DNA of 50,593 nucleotides, counting the filler, from Catajapyx aquilonaris (Eukaryota): NCBI GenBank assembly GCA_000934665.2. It is 3 parts of 3 records of this genome, joined end to end, with 100 filler letters (N's around TTAATTAATTAA, not from the genome) between each part and the next. Parts side by side here need not be neighbours in the genome. Positions count along the whole stretch, not along the records: positions 1 to 16,798 come from JYFJ02007104.1; positions 16,899 to 33,699 come from JYFJ02007105.1; 1 more part is not named here. One strand, 5' to 3'. The notes beneath the pieces are model-generated. The model worked only from the letters and a program-made list of their open reading frames with translations, made no database searches and had not been told where the DNA came from. Both the position numbers and the translations under genes were made by a program. Positions 14,611 through 25,879 of the stretch are shown here, one piece after another; position 1 is the stretch's first letter, and every line of letters starts with the position of its first letter.

Positions 14611-16798
14611 AGGCCACGTCCTAATGTTACCAATTTTCAAACATCATGCCCATAGAAGCTGAGATGATGGTAATCAATTTTATTATTTGCAGGAACATAA
14701 TTACGATACCCAATTGCCAATGTTTCATGTTGTTCATGAACAAATAAGTTGAATGAAATGAATGTGTATCACCTACAGAATGCAGTGTCCTAGTCCTTCA
14801 TTGAGCTTATAAAACAATAAAAACAACAGCAAATTAAAGGTAAGCTTCTGATGACCTCAAGGTCACCTAGCTCTGTCAGCCCTTGGCTACTCGCTTAGGC
14901 ATGTATCTGCTAAAAGATAGGAGTGTATCAGGAAGGAAGGTTATTCATGGGTTATCTTGGTACACCATGCCCTTATATGAAGGTCAGGTAGACATTTGTG
15001 ACCTCAATTTGCAGCCATCTCTTGCCACCATCCTTCATGGTGTAGTGAGGCCCCTTCAGACATTCACAATTTGGTATCAGAAATAAGAAATTTGCCAACT
15101 GGAAGTTCCAAATAATCCAGAACTACGTGTGACATAGGCTAGGGTTGCTTGTCCAGATCCATTACTCTACTGTTATCACAGAAGCAACAATTGACCTCGT
15201 CACACCTTGCAGTTGCATACATTTTTGCAGCTCTGAGTCAGCAAATCACTTACTTTTGGTGCCAAATGGCATGTACAGGAATGGCTTGAAACACTGCAAT
15301 TGGGAGCGATACAGCACATACATTAGTGAACAACATGTAACAATATGGGTGTCTTTCACTGCACCATAAAAATTGAAATCTAAATTTATCATTCTCTGCA
15401 GTCACTTTATGTCTGATAATACTTGGGCGCATGGCGTAACAGTTAGTCCACACCACCAATTCAATCCCCATGGCACTTGAATAATTTTTTGAGTACTCTG
15501 TGATTTCACACGAATTCTACTTTCTATTATTTACTCTCTCACTCAAATTCTACCTTCGCCGAGGTTATGAATAGAATCAGGTTATTACAAGCCGATGCTG
15601 CAATAAGGCACAGCTCTATCACGGAATATCCAATTATAACCCCAAAAAAACCTGTTTAGTACAATATAGCCATTGCTGCTTGTGCGCCATTAAAAGCCCA
15701 ATCAATCATTACTACAAAATATTTTTGAAAATATGGCATATTTGAAATGTTCTGATCACTATTCCTCAGCTCAGCCTACCTGCACTTCTAGCTTTCACTT
15801 TTCATATTGACAATATCCCACATCATTTTCACAAGGATAAAAAGATTTCAAACCAGTACAGATGTCGGAGAAAGTGTCCTCAGTCATTAAAGAAGTTTTA
15901 AGAAATCAAGTACAGATCAATTTTCATCTGTGGTAATTACAAACTTGCATGTTAGATTGCGAAGTAAATCTGTGAAAGAATTCTTTTGCATATTCATTTC
16001 ACAACAAAGGAGTGTAAAAGTTACTTGCTGGGGCAATTAAGACTTGCCCGACACAAGAACGTAGAAATGCTAAACTGGCATCATTTTCACAGTGAAGTCT
16101 GCTACAATAGACAAGGAATAAGAACTGTGCTACAGCTAATTTAAGTAGAGAAATAAACACACATTTAAACATTCTTGGCTGACACCAAGCACACGGGTTT
16201 CCAAAGTGACATTTTAACCTGGGGTCATTCCCGTGAATCTCAAGAATTCCCCTCGGCTAAAACATTGCCTTGTACTCTGATGGAAAAGATGCAATAAATT
16301 TCGAACGCCAACGCAAGTACACACTTCGTCAGTATTTTTTTGCCAGTCTAAAAGAGGAAACAGAAAGAAAAGATACAATACAACTTCATTCATGTATGTA
16401 AAAAATATGAAGCCAGCACTCTCAGACAACATGCTTGCCTGCTTATTAAGCCTACTCTGAGATACAAGTTGGCAACAGATTACAAAATGCATGCTGGCTG
16501 CACATATTCTCAGATGACAGATATAGCTCTCGGTAAAATCTGGAGTGCTACGGGCACGACTTTGGCAAAATAGCACGCTTCAAAATGTGGTTTAATTTTG
16601 CACTTCACTTTTGTCTCTTTGTTTCATTTATACTGCTAACAGCTGTTGTTTGTGAATTTCAATTAATTATTTTAATAATAATCTCCAGCTGAAGCAGTGT
16701 TCCATTTTTTTCTGCTTTTCATTGATTAAAAGTGACCTGCGCCACTCGAAAAATTTAAATTCTCTCTCCCCCCCAATCAATTCCCACATTACCCCCCC

Positions 16799-16898
16799 NN
16801 NNNNNNNNNNNNNNNNNNNNNNNNNNNNNNNNNNNNNNNNNNTTAATTAATTAANNNNNNNNNNNNNNNNNNNNNNNNNNNNNNNNNNNNNNNNNNNN
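16799..16898. other. Artificial contig spacer N44-TTAATTAATTAA-N44
   Basis: Exactly 100 nt; TTAATTAATTAA gives stops in all six frames. Confidence 0.98.
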
Positions 16899-17253
16899 GG
16901 GGGGGGGGAGGAGGATGAATAATTTAATTACGACGGAAGTGGTCCTGGTCGACAGGATGCTGGGGAAAAAGGAATGGGAAGTACTGTACCGGAGGGATTT
17001 TTTTTAAGTCTGGATAGGGGGAGGAAAAAAAGAGTAATTAAATTCTTAATAACGTCATGCGTTCATTTGTTTAATAACGGACGCTTGGGTGCCGTCAGGA
17101 AAGCGGAGTGGTGGGTGTAAGATGAGGGAATCTCATTGTTTTCACCAAAGGGGAGAGGGAAAAAATTTATTTGCGAAGTAATTTTTGCAGAAGCTTACCA
17201 TTTAAGTACCTACAAAAGCACTGCTATGGCTACCCAATAAATGTGGCATAACA

Positions 17254-17460
17254 AAAAGGCCAATAAGTCATACTTACGATGCCCAAGCTTATTATGTACT
17301 TATTGAAAATTTTGTAATATGGACTACAAAATCCAATAAGTGCAGAATAAGATTGTGCATCGTAATTATGTAATAATATTAATATGTAATTATATTACAA
17401 AATTTAATAAATACAGAATATTAAGCTTGTGCATCGTAATGATGACTTATTAGTGTTTTT
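17254..17460. mobile_element. MITE-like inverted repeat
   Basis: aataagtcatacttacgatgcccaagcttattat (from 17262) is the near reverse complement of atattaagcttgtgcatcgtaatgatgacttatt (17418-17451); there is a partial internal copy at ~17346. Confidence 0.65.
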
Positions 17461-17893
17461 ACTACAGATTTACCTTATGCACGTGTTAAGACAATGCATA
17501 ATACCAATCAAAAAGTTTAAAAAAACTTACATGAGGTAGGCTACTTGTGCAAGTGAACGACTAAGCTGCACATTTTATCAGTGCGAAAACTACTGTATCA
17601 CTTCTCCACAAATGAGAACAGGCTCGACATGTAAGTCCATAGGCTACTTTAAAAAAAAAGCCCGCTCTCGAATTATAGGCGTTTAATGCTAATCCGTTAA
17701 TGAACCTAAAATTGCAAAGTAATTAGACCGAATAACATTATTATAACGTTAAGCCTACTTATTTGGAAGCATTTACGCTCTAAAGCCCTTTTAATACTAT
17801 GGTATTTTTTTCTGTGCTAAACATAACTAGGCATCCATTGAAAACATGAGTGCATCATTATTTTTATTCACTTGCCAACTTAAAACTGTGACA

Positions 17894-17965
17894 CAGTCGA
17901 ACCCCGATTATCCGTCACCAACGCATCGTCGTAAAACCGAAAAGGTGTCGGATAATCCGAGGAGT
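17894..17965. mobile_element. pogo/Tigger-like terminal inverted repeat remnant
   Basis: CAGTCGAACCCCGATTATCCG followed by an internal inverted cggataatccgagg is the typical pogo/Tigger terminus layout. I did not find the partner TIR. Confidence 0.5.
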
Positions 17966-20766
17966 AAAAAACTGTAATAAAACACAACAAAAACATATAA
18001 AAACATGAAACAACGAACAATACGTATTACGGTTTTCTAGGAAATAGTGAAGTATTTATCTTTTACACACGTACTCTACTGTACTGTATTTACAATGTAA
18101 TTGTGGGTTGACACATTATTGCATAACACCATCCAATAGTGTAGTAACATTTATAGGTATGGATCACACATAACTCCTGCATTTCACCTGACTAATAACC
18201 CGTCAAAAACGGTTGGTTTTATTCCGTGTACGCACAAGGGTACCGTATATAGTTATAAGGTTCCGGTTGGTTCGTTCGTCTTTCCGAATCCGGGACAAGT
18301 AACATCCATCCATGTAAACTAAGTCATGGAACATCCAGCATCCACTTAAGAGGTGGAGTGATTGATCTCTTCCGCGGTTGCTGCCCGGTACCGGAGGGAC
18401 ACTGGTCAACACATTAGCTCACTCAATTTCCCAAATTGAGCCTCCCTTGTCTCCAGGCCCGGCTTCTGAAGAAGACGAATCCTGGGTATAGGGTGTACAA
18501 GGCTAGGCAAAAACCCTAGAGCCTGCTGCTACTGGGGGAAGGGGGACGAGACGGACGGGGAGAAAAACCTCCTGGATCATAATCGGACCCCCATGCCGTT
18601 CGACTTTGAATAATTACCTCTGGAATTATTTGCCCCCAAGATGGACACTGGTCCGACCACTCCATGATTAACGGAGGGGGGTCTCTCTTACTTTGCTGGA
18701 AGAAGAATTACAGGGGAGACCTGATCCGAGGGGGTTACGCTGCCTCTGGGTCACTACGCTAATTAATCATCAGCAAAGAGAGGAGCTGTACATAGGCGGC
18801 TTTGATCAGCAGGTTGGGGGATGGGGGAGTAAATTACCATTATGGAATTATTATATTGACGCGTTATGCCGCATTTATTTAATTATGTACACCGGAGGAT
18901 TAACCTTGCTGGGGGGGGGGGGGGATATTGTCATGTTCAAATGCGGAAAACAGGACATGAGATGACCTCTACTGTCAATACATTCATTGAAAGTTGGTTA
19001 TGCTCTAATCACACTATCTTTACGGCGTAATATCCATTTAAAAAATTTAAAATAAATTATGAATGGTTTATCCCCAGACACATGTTTGTGTTAAATGAAA
19101 CTAATCTTTTGCCAATGAGACAGACGATGATGACAACTCGTTGTAAAGCTTCCATGTGTCGCATTGTTTCTGCTATTACCGCCATGTCGCGTTATAGGGA
19201 CGGCCCTTTAATTAAACCCGAGGCATTTAGTCAAGGTAATTAATTCCTACGCATGGAATGACAAGTTAATAAGTACGACTTAGCAGCTTAACAGCATCAA
19301 AATATGAAACGCGTCATGATCCCAATTTCGCAATGAGAATTTTGTGTAATTGCTCAGACTACAGTTTATTAGGCCTTGCAATAGTCATGTCAGGTGTCAT
19401 GGGACAGATGTCAAGCTCTGACAGTCAAAAGTACGCGTGTGATGAAAATGGAGCCTTTGTAAGAGAGACCGAAATGTCTGTACTGTACGGAACAAAAGCA
19501 GGCCTCATATACATGTGTAGGCCTACACAATGCACAATGAAGGATACAACTTATCAGTCGACAGTAATCATTTAAAGGTGTCATTTAATTTTCCATACAA
19601 ATATGCGTCTAGCTGCAATATTACTTTAATTTGATGTCTTTCATTCCTAATGCCAATGATCCTCTCCAAAATTATGCTTTGTAGAGTACTAGAGTCGTAC
19701 GTAGAATACATTTTACTGCTTACATAATTATGTAATCCATTGGACTCATTGCGGATAAAATGTTGCCAAAATAGTATAAATTAATATGCATCCCGAATAA
19801 TAACGCTTATCCTGTTGTTATGCAAATTCAGTACGCAGTTGTTGATGTAATGTAGCTGGTGTCAATATTTTCATCCTAAAATTATATTCCAGGATTCACA
19901 ATTCCGTTTATGTGTAATATAATCACATGTAATATTTACCCAAAATATGGTACATAAATATCATAGCGAAAGCTCTTTTATTGAGAGAAAAAATACAGTG
20001 CGTTTATAGTCCTAATTAACTTTTCTTCTGGTCGGTCCCCCCCCCCCCCCCCCNCCCCCCCGGACAAATCGGATTATTATTAAGCACTTACCGATATATT
20101 AGACTACAACGGTTACTCTCAGGCTGACATCTGAGTTGCGTTATTTATATAGTAGTCCACCAACTAATAAGTAGGCTATAATAATCCTACATGAATAATA
20201 ACACACAATCTACCTCTTCCCTTTGATTTACATATTTGACTGCCAAGCCGTACAGTAAGCCTTTGAAGGACAAAATTAATTAGGTTTCAGTCTTACTCGT
20301 CTGACTAGTCCGAAAAAACGTAATATTACAATACTCTACAGTATACTTTTAAAAAATGCAAGTGATTTGTGGACATTGTGGTAATATTCTTGAAATATTA
20401 TTTTGCGTTGGCTCTTACACCATTGTTCACGCTTTTTGTAAACTATTATAAAAATAATACACAAAACAATCACTGCTGCACTGGTTTAAAAAAAAATCGC
20501 CGCACAATTACGCGGACAGTAGAGACCTCTACTGAACACTACATGAAACTCGCGTAATTCGAGCACTAGTCAACATGCTAGTCACCATATTTCCAACTCT
20601 AGTATTGCATTTAAAACAAAATATCAACTTGTCCTTCAATTTAAACCGAGCTCAACAACTTATTTCATTTGAAACGACATCTTTTAAAATATATAGTTTA
20701 AAAAAAATCAATCGTTCTATTCCTGTTGGTAATCCTGTACATTTTCGTCCCCCCCCCTTTTCAAAG

Positions 20767-21447
20767 ATGGCGGCTTCCATCGGGATTCGAAATCTGGTCA
20801 AAATTCTAGTTCCTCGGCAGGTAAAAAAGTCCAACAGAAGTCTTCTATAGCAATAGAAATAATGGCCAAACAGGCACAGAAGCAATTGAGTGTAATGAGC
20901 AATTGCAGCTTAAAATCTGTGATAAAAAGAATGGGATCCATTTGCATGTTGCCGTTCTATAGGAATATTACTTTTAAAAAAATGTAGATCATGAATGTAA
21001 ATCTAACAATTCACATGTCATGAACGTAGCTGTAACAACTTATTGAGTAATTAATTAGTAGCCAAATAATTCACTTCATGTTGGTGCATCAGGTTGTGGT
21101 TCCGCTGAGCCTAAACTACTCCGGAAAAGGCCCTTCAAAGTCGTCCAAACAAGGCTCGGACACGTCTCCGGCTGCCAAACCTGCCAACCCGTTCAACGTT
21201 CCTGGGCCTGGGAAGCATGTCTTTAGGACTGCTGAATATCGTAAGGACACTTGCATGTTTTCTCTAGTTAAAGCAACAATACCGACTCTTTTTTAAAATA
21301 TTGTTGGCAGAGCTGGGGCCTGGAGCCGACAAGAAGGGTGAGTACAAGAACCCCGAGTACTACATGTACCACGACATGTCCTACGTGGACCTGGAGGTTG
21401 AGCTGACCAAGCACAGGCTCCCACAGCCGGAGAGCGGAATGAAGTGA
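20767..21447 (+). CDS. NDUFV3: NADH dehydrogenase [ubiquinone] flavoprotein 3 (complex I accessory subunit), 112 aa
   Basis: GT-AG exons 20767-20820, 21093-21240, 21311-21447 (339 nt). The N-terminus MAASIGIRNLVKILVPRQ looks like a transit peptide. The C-terminus LGPGADKKGEYKNPEYYMYHDMSYVDLEVELTKHRLPQPES matches the NDUFV3 motif. Confidence 0.88.
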
Positions 21448-21513
21448 GCGATGCATGAGGCAAAATAGTACGGTTTATTAGCGCACTTGTACAAAACATT
21501 AAAAGGATAGTAG

Positions 21514-23301
21514 TTATAAGGTGAAGTCGTATGGTTCAAACACGGCTCTGAACGCTGCGGTTGCTTCCTTCTCCTTCTCCTTACTTTGCTGACAGTTCTT
21601 CCAGTCGATCCGTTCGGGAAGGTCGAGTATGGAAGGGCTCGCCATTACCTCTCTGCAACATGATAACGGATTGTGTAAACAGCAGGAAGAAATACAACAG
21701 AGCATGAATAAGTACCTTCCAAAATGAAGTGGGAAACCCTTCCGCACACGATGTAGAAGCTTCTCTCCAGACGGCAACTCTGCGTAGAAGTACGGCGCTC
21801 CTGGAGGAACAACCTGCTCCAACTTGGAATGCTTCGGAATTTCCTGGAGGTCCAAATCATGCTCTCCAGCACACTCCATGAACGCATCTTTCACCTGAGA
21901 ACTCAACTTTGACGGAAATGGAACCACCTGTATCTGCAAATGTGCACTGCGGTAGTTGCGCTCGAAGAACACGACCGATTTGCTTTGTTTCGCCATGGAC
22001 TTGATGACGGCTGACTTGAAGCGATCGATCTCTTCACGTACTTCATCCGGACATTCAACCGAAGTTTGGTAATGACCAATGGGCAGGATTAACACATGGT
22101 CTGAAGTCAATCCGCCTTTGGCCAGTGCAAGGTAAGCCTGTAAAATACGTTCAGTAAATATTTAAATGCATTAGACCAGCAGATCGTGCTTACATTGTCA
22201 CCGATGCTGACGACCAGCTGCTTTTCCACGTCGGGACTCGCCAAGCAGAACCAGCACGGTCCAGTTGGCTGCGGAGGTGGACGTCTCTTCCTGTCCATTC
22301 CTCCACCTCTCCCGCCACCTCGTCTCTTCCGTCCGTCTCCAGCATTGGGCGTCATATCATAAAAGAACTGCTGCGCCTCATCTTCCTTTGGCGCAACACT
22401 CTCCGCCATATTGTACGGACACTCCGTCACATCCGGCGGCTGCTTGACCAGCTCCGACCGCGCCATATCCCGCAGCGGAACTAGGTTGAAAGCGTACAAC
22501 CACTTGCGCTTCAGCTCGTTCCCGACTTTGCCTAGAGCGATGAAGCGTGTTACATGTCGCTGCGCCTCGGCCAATATCATATGGTTGCGGTACGGCTGCC
22601 GTTCGTAGTGGACGCCAGCTAGTCCTGCGAAATGGTAGCGAGGTCGCAGCTTTGCAGTCAGATGTGAAACAAGCGGCGAGCCATGTCCTGCTTCCAAACC
22701 TTCCTGTGAACATCCATTAATTAGTACCGTCATTAACGCCCACCTATTTACTACTTACCGGCTTCGACGCATACTGATAGACACCTCGTGGCCATTGCGA
22801 CGTTATGAGCACATCAACACCGTCGAACGCAGGCGAGTCGACCTGCAGCGGCACCTCAATCGCCTTGATGTCCTGGTATCCAAACGTCCCATCTTTTTTA
22901 CCGCCTTCCCCATCAACCCCGCTCAGGTACACCACGCTCAAGCCTGACGCTCCGGTGTACACGCCCCGATTACCCAAGTACGTAACGTCCGTACACATCT
23001 CGCAACCTTTGAGATCCGGATAGTACCGTGCCAGCTCAGGACGCGTGGGACCCAAAATGAATGTCGGAACAGGTACTTTAATCTGCCCAGATTTGCACTG
23101 CTCCCATTCGGTTCGATCAGGTCCGAAGAAGTTCCCAACGCAGAACAGCATCTCAAACGGTCCATTCTTCTTATTAACCGTTGCTACTCGATCATACAGG
23201 CTCTTAATATTCCCATCCACATCACCACACGCCAATCTGCAAAAATTATATACGCTAAAAATCTAGTTTTTAAAACTATAAAATGTAACTTACAGCTTCA
23301 T
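21514..23301 (-). CDS. CWF19L1: CWF19-like protein 1 (Drn1; debranching-associated, metallophosphatase-like plus CwfJ domains), 518 aa
   Basis: Exons 23301-23294, 23236-22759, 22703-22194, 22137-21716, 21652-21514, all GT-AG and in frame. Motifs include MKLLACGDVDG, LFCVGNFFG, LRPRYHFAG, CWFCLASPDVEKQLVVSIG, FPLHFGREV and FEPYDFTL. Confidence 0.96.
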
Positions 23302-23578
23302 TTTTTAAGATGTTGCAAAAATAATTTCAGGGCGCCGCCATTTTGGACAAAAAAAAGTGTTGCCAGATGAAATCGGCATGGAAAGTGTTGCCAGATGAAA
23401 TCAGCGTGGAAAGTGTTGCCAGATGAAATCAGCGTGGGTTTGGCTGCATCTGGCAACAATTTTGTTTACAAATGGCGCGGGATTCGATCAATCGAAAAAA
23501 AAAAAGTTCGATTTTTTCCCCCCTGATTTTGGGTTTTTCTGATTGCAAAAAAATTTGGCAAAAAATTTGGCAGAAAAA
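23302..23578. promoter_or_regulatory. Probable bidirectional promoter shared by CWF19L1 and DNAAF3
   Basis: 277 nt lie between the divergent ATGs. YY1/Pho-like AAATGGCG motifs face outward on both strands (23334-23344 minus; 23470-23477 plus). There are three 28-bp repeats plus one inverted core copy. Confidence 0.7.
23354..23458. repeat. Three tandem 28-bp units plus one inverted core
   Basis: aaagtgttgccagatgaaatc(g/a)gc(a/g)tgg at 23354, 23382 and 23410; inverted catctggcaaca at 23447-23458. Confidence 0.9.
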
Positions 23579-25820
23579 ATGGCAAGTCCAGATGGAGTTG
23601 GATCCACAACCTGGTGGGGATTCAGCCCTGCTTTTGATCTAATTGCGGAGAGAGGTACGCACTGTGCACTGTCCATATCGCATTGTCTTAATTAGATAAT
23701 TTTATTACAGAGACTATAATTAAATGTGCAATTACAGGTACGGACTCTGTACTGTCCATCGCATTGTGTTAATTACAATAATTATTACAGAGGCTACACG
23801 CACTGTGTACGTCGCATTGGTGTTAATTACTAGATAATTTTATTACAGACACTACAATTAAATGTACAATTAGAGGGTACGCACTCTGTACTGTACATCG
23901 CATTGTGTGTTAATTACATTTAATTATTACCGAGGCTACACACACTGTGTACTGTACATCTTGTGTGTTAATTAGATAACTTTATTCCAGAGACTACAAT
24001 TAAATGTACAATGAGAGGTATGCACTTTGTACTGTGTTAATTACATTTAATTATTACAGAGGCTGCAATTAAGCAAGGGAATGATGATGAGTTGCATGTG
24101 CTAGTCGTTGGAGCGGGTGATGGCAGACATATTCTGAAGACTTTGGCATGCCGATACAAGCATGGAGCGAAGAAAATTACTGTTCGTATATAACCGCATG
24201 CGACCGGCAACAATTGTAATTGCGGTTACATTTATTTTTACAGTTTTATGTGGTGGAGCATTCGCTAGAGCTGTGTGCGCGTCAGATGCTGTTCCTTCTT
24301 CTTGCGGTTGAGCCGCCAAGCGTGATGGGCCTGCAGGGAAAGACGCACCTTTTCATGGAGCTGTATGGCAACACGCAGATTAGAGGGAACACGCAGAAGT
24401 ACCTCAGAGACAAAGCTGGTCAGCTGATGCTGTAAGTGCAATTTTTGTGCGTCGCAAGAATAAGTGCGGGTCATTACTACCACTTTATTTCAGGATGACC
24501 ACCGACTTTGGATACATGGCCAGACGCATGCCCATACTTAATCTGAGCATGCTTAAGTACAGGGAGGTGGATGCGCTTGAGTTCACCTTTAAGTTTTGGC
24601 GGACTTGCAGTGATTCGGATTTCAACATAACCAAGCACTGGTCAGTACGATGCCTTAATTACACCGCATTCCCTGCATTTTACTATTTGCCGCATTTTAA
24701 ATATTTTCTTTTGTCCATTTCACTCTATAGGGATGTGCGTCAGAGGAGCTACCTGGGAGTACGCTATGATGCCCGTCGTGGCGGGTATGACTGGGATTAC
24801 CACATGAAGCTGTCCGAACGTGGGGCGGCCATAATAGGATCTCAGGATTACAAGCGGTGGAGGGAGACTGGACTGGCCTTTGAAGTGTTCGACTCGGCTG
24901 AAGGCACATTCCCCAATCTCACATTAGTGTCAGGTACGACCTGCTCGTTACTACCTAGACATGTTTTCATAAATCATGCTTACGGAATAGGAATTGTGCT
25001 GCGGCGCAATGGTGAAGTTGCTTTTCACCGAGGCTACTGCGGAGATATAGTCACAGGCCCGTTTGTAACCTACGGGATTGAATGTGAGGATAAAGAGATG
25101 TTCAAGAAGGCCAACGGGATATACAAGAAGGTAATTGCTTTCATGTTCGGTAAATTTGCTGCCTTTGAAGTAAAATCCCAGTTTAATTATTTCAGACGGC
25201 GAGGGATTTGACTGAGCGTAATGTAATGCGCATGATGTACGAGTTGGCTCGTGGCAAGAAGTACGTTGCGGATGATCCAGAAAAGGGCTGCCAGATTAGA
25301 GAGGTAGAGGAGGATGAACCGACTGAGTGGCAGCCAAAGCGAGTCGAAGGGAAGAGGATCGAGGAGGAAAAATACGGTAATCATCAGGCATTGACGAGGT
25401 AAAGTATTGTGACCGATTCTGTTGGTTTTCGCAGAGCCTATTGCTACAGGCGATGCGCAAGTCGTGTTTCTGCCTCTGGGCGTTCTGACGGACATCGGGA
25501 GCAAGGAGAAGTACCGGGAGAAGTTCAACATGGCGTTCTTCTCAGCAAGTATGACTCACAAGCTGAACTCCGATGTGGTCGACATCTTGAAGCCTGGAGC
25601 CACTCTTCTCGTGGAGACAGCAAAGTACGGCTAGGCTCATACGAAGAACAACTAGTGCATAACGACATTTCAAACTTGCAGGTTTATTCTGGATTTGCGT
25701 CCTGAGAATGCGAAATCGCTCACCACCCGCATCGTCGAACTGGCCGAGGCAGCAGGCTGTCAGCTTCTGGCAGAAATACGCGAAGAGGACGTGTTGGGAA
25801 GGTTTGCCCGCAAGAGTTAA
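23579..25820 (+). CDS. DNAAF3: Dynein axonemal assembly factor 3 (PF22), 461 aa
   Basis: Nine GT-AG exons: 23579-23654, 24060-24181, 24244-24431, 24494-24640, 24731-24933, 24991-25130, 25196-25376, 25435-25624, 25682-25820 (1386 nt). Motifs include GSTTWWGFSPAFDL, VGAGDGRHILKT, YLGVRYDAR, DWDYHMKL, RGYCGDIVTGPF and ETAKFILDL. Confidence 0.93.
23655..24059 (+). repeat. Tandemly duplicated splice-site-containing repeat forming DNAAF3 intron 1
   Basis: gtacgcact.tgtactgt.catcgcattgtgttaatta...ttattacagag recurs; donor-like copies occur at 23655, 23738, 23877 and 24018 (period ~140 nt). Confidence 0.8.
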
Positions 25821-25879
25821 GAAGTGACGTCTCTTTTTTAAATGATTTATTTAGGGCGGTTTGTCAGCATTAAAACACA

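Noticed and set aside
18466..18490. ctgaagaagac as a hammerhead core
   Set aside because: No matching stem II/GAAA downstream.
23354..23437. 28-bp repeats as a CRISPR array
   Set aside because: The units are head-to-tail with no spacers, there are no cas genes, and the context is eukaryotic.
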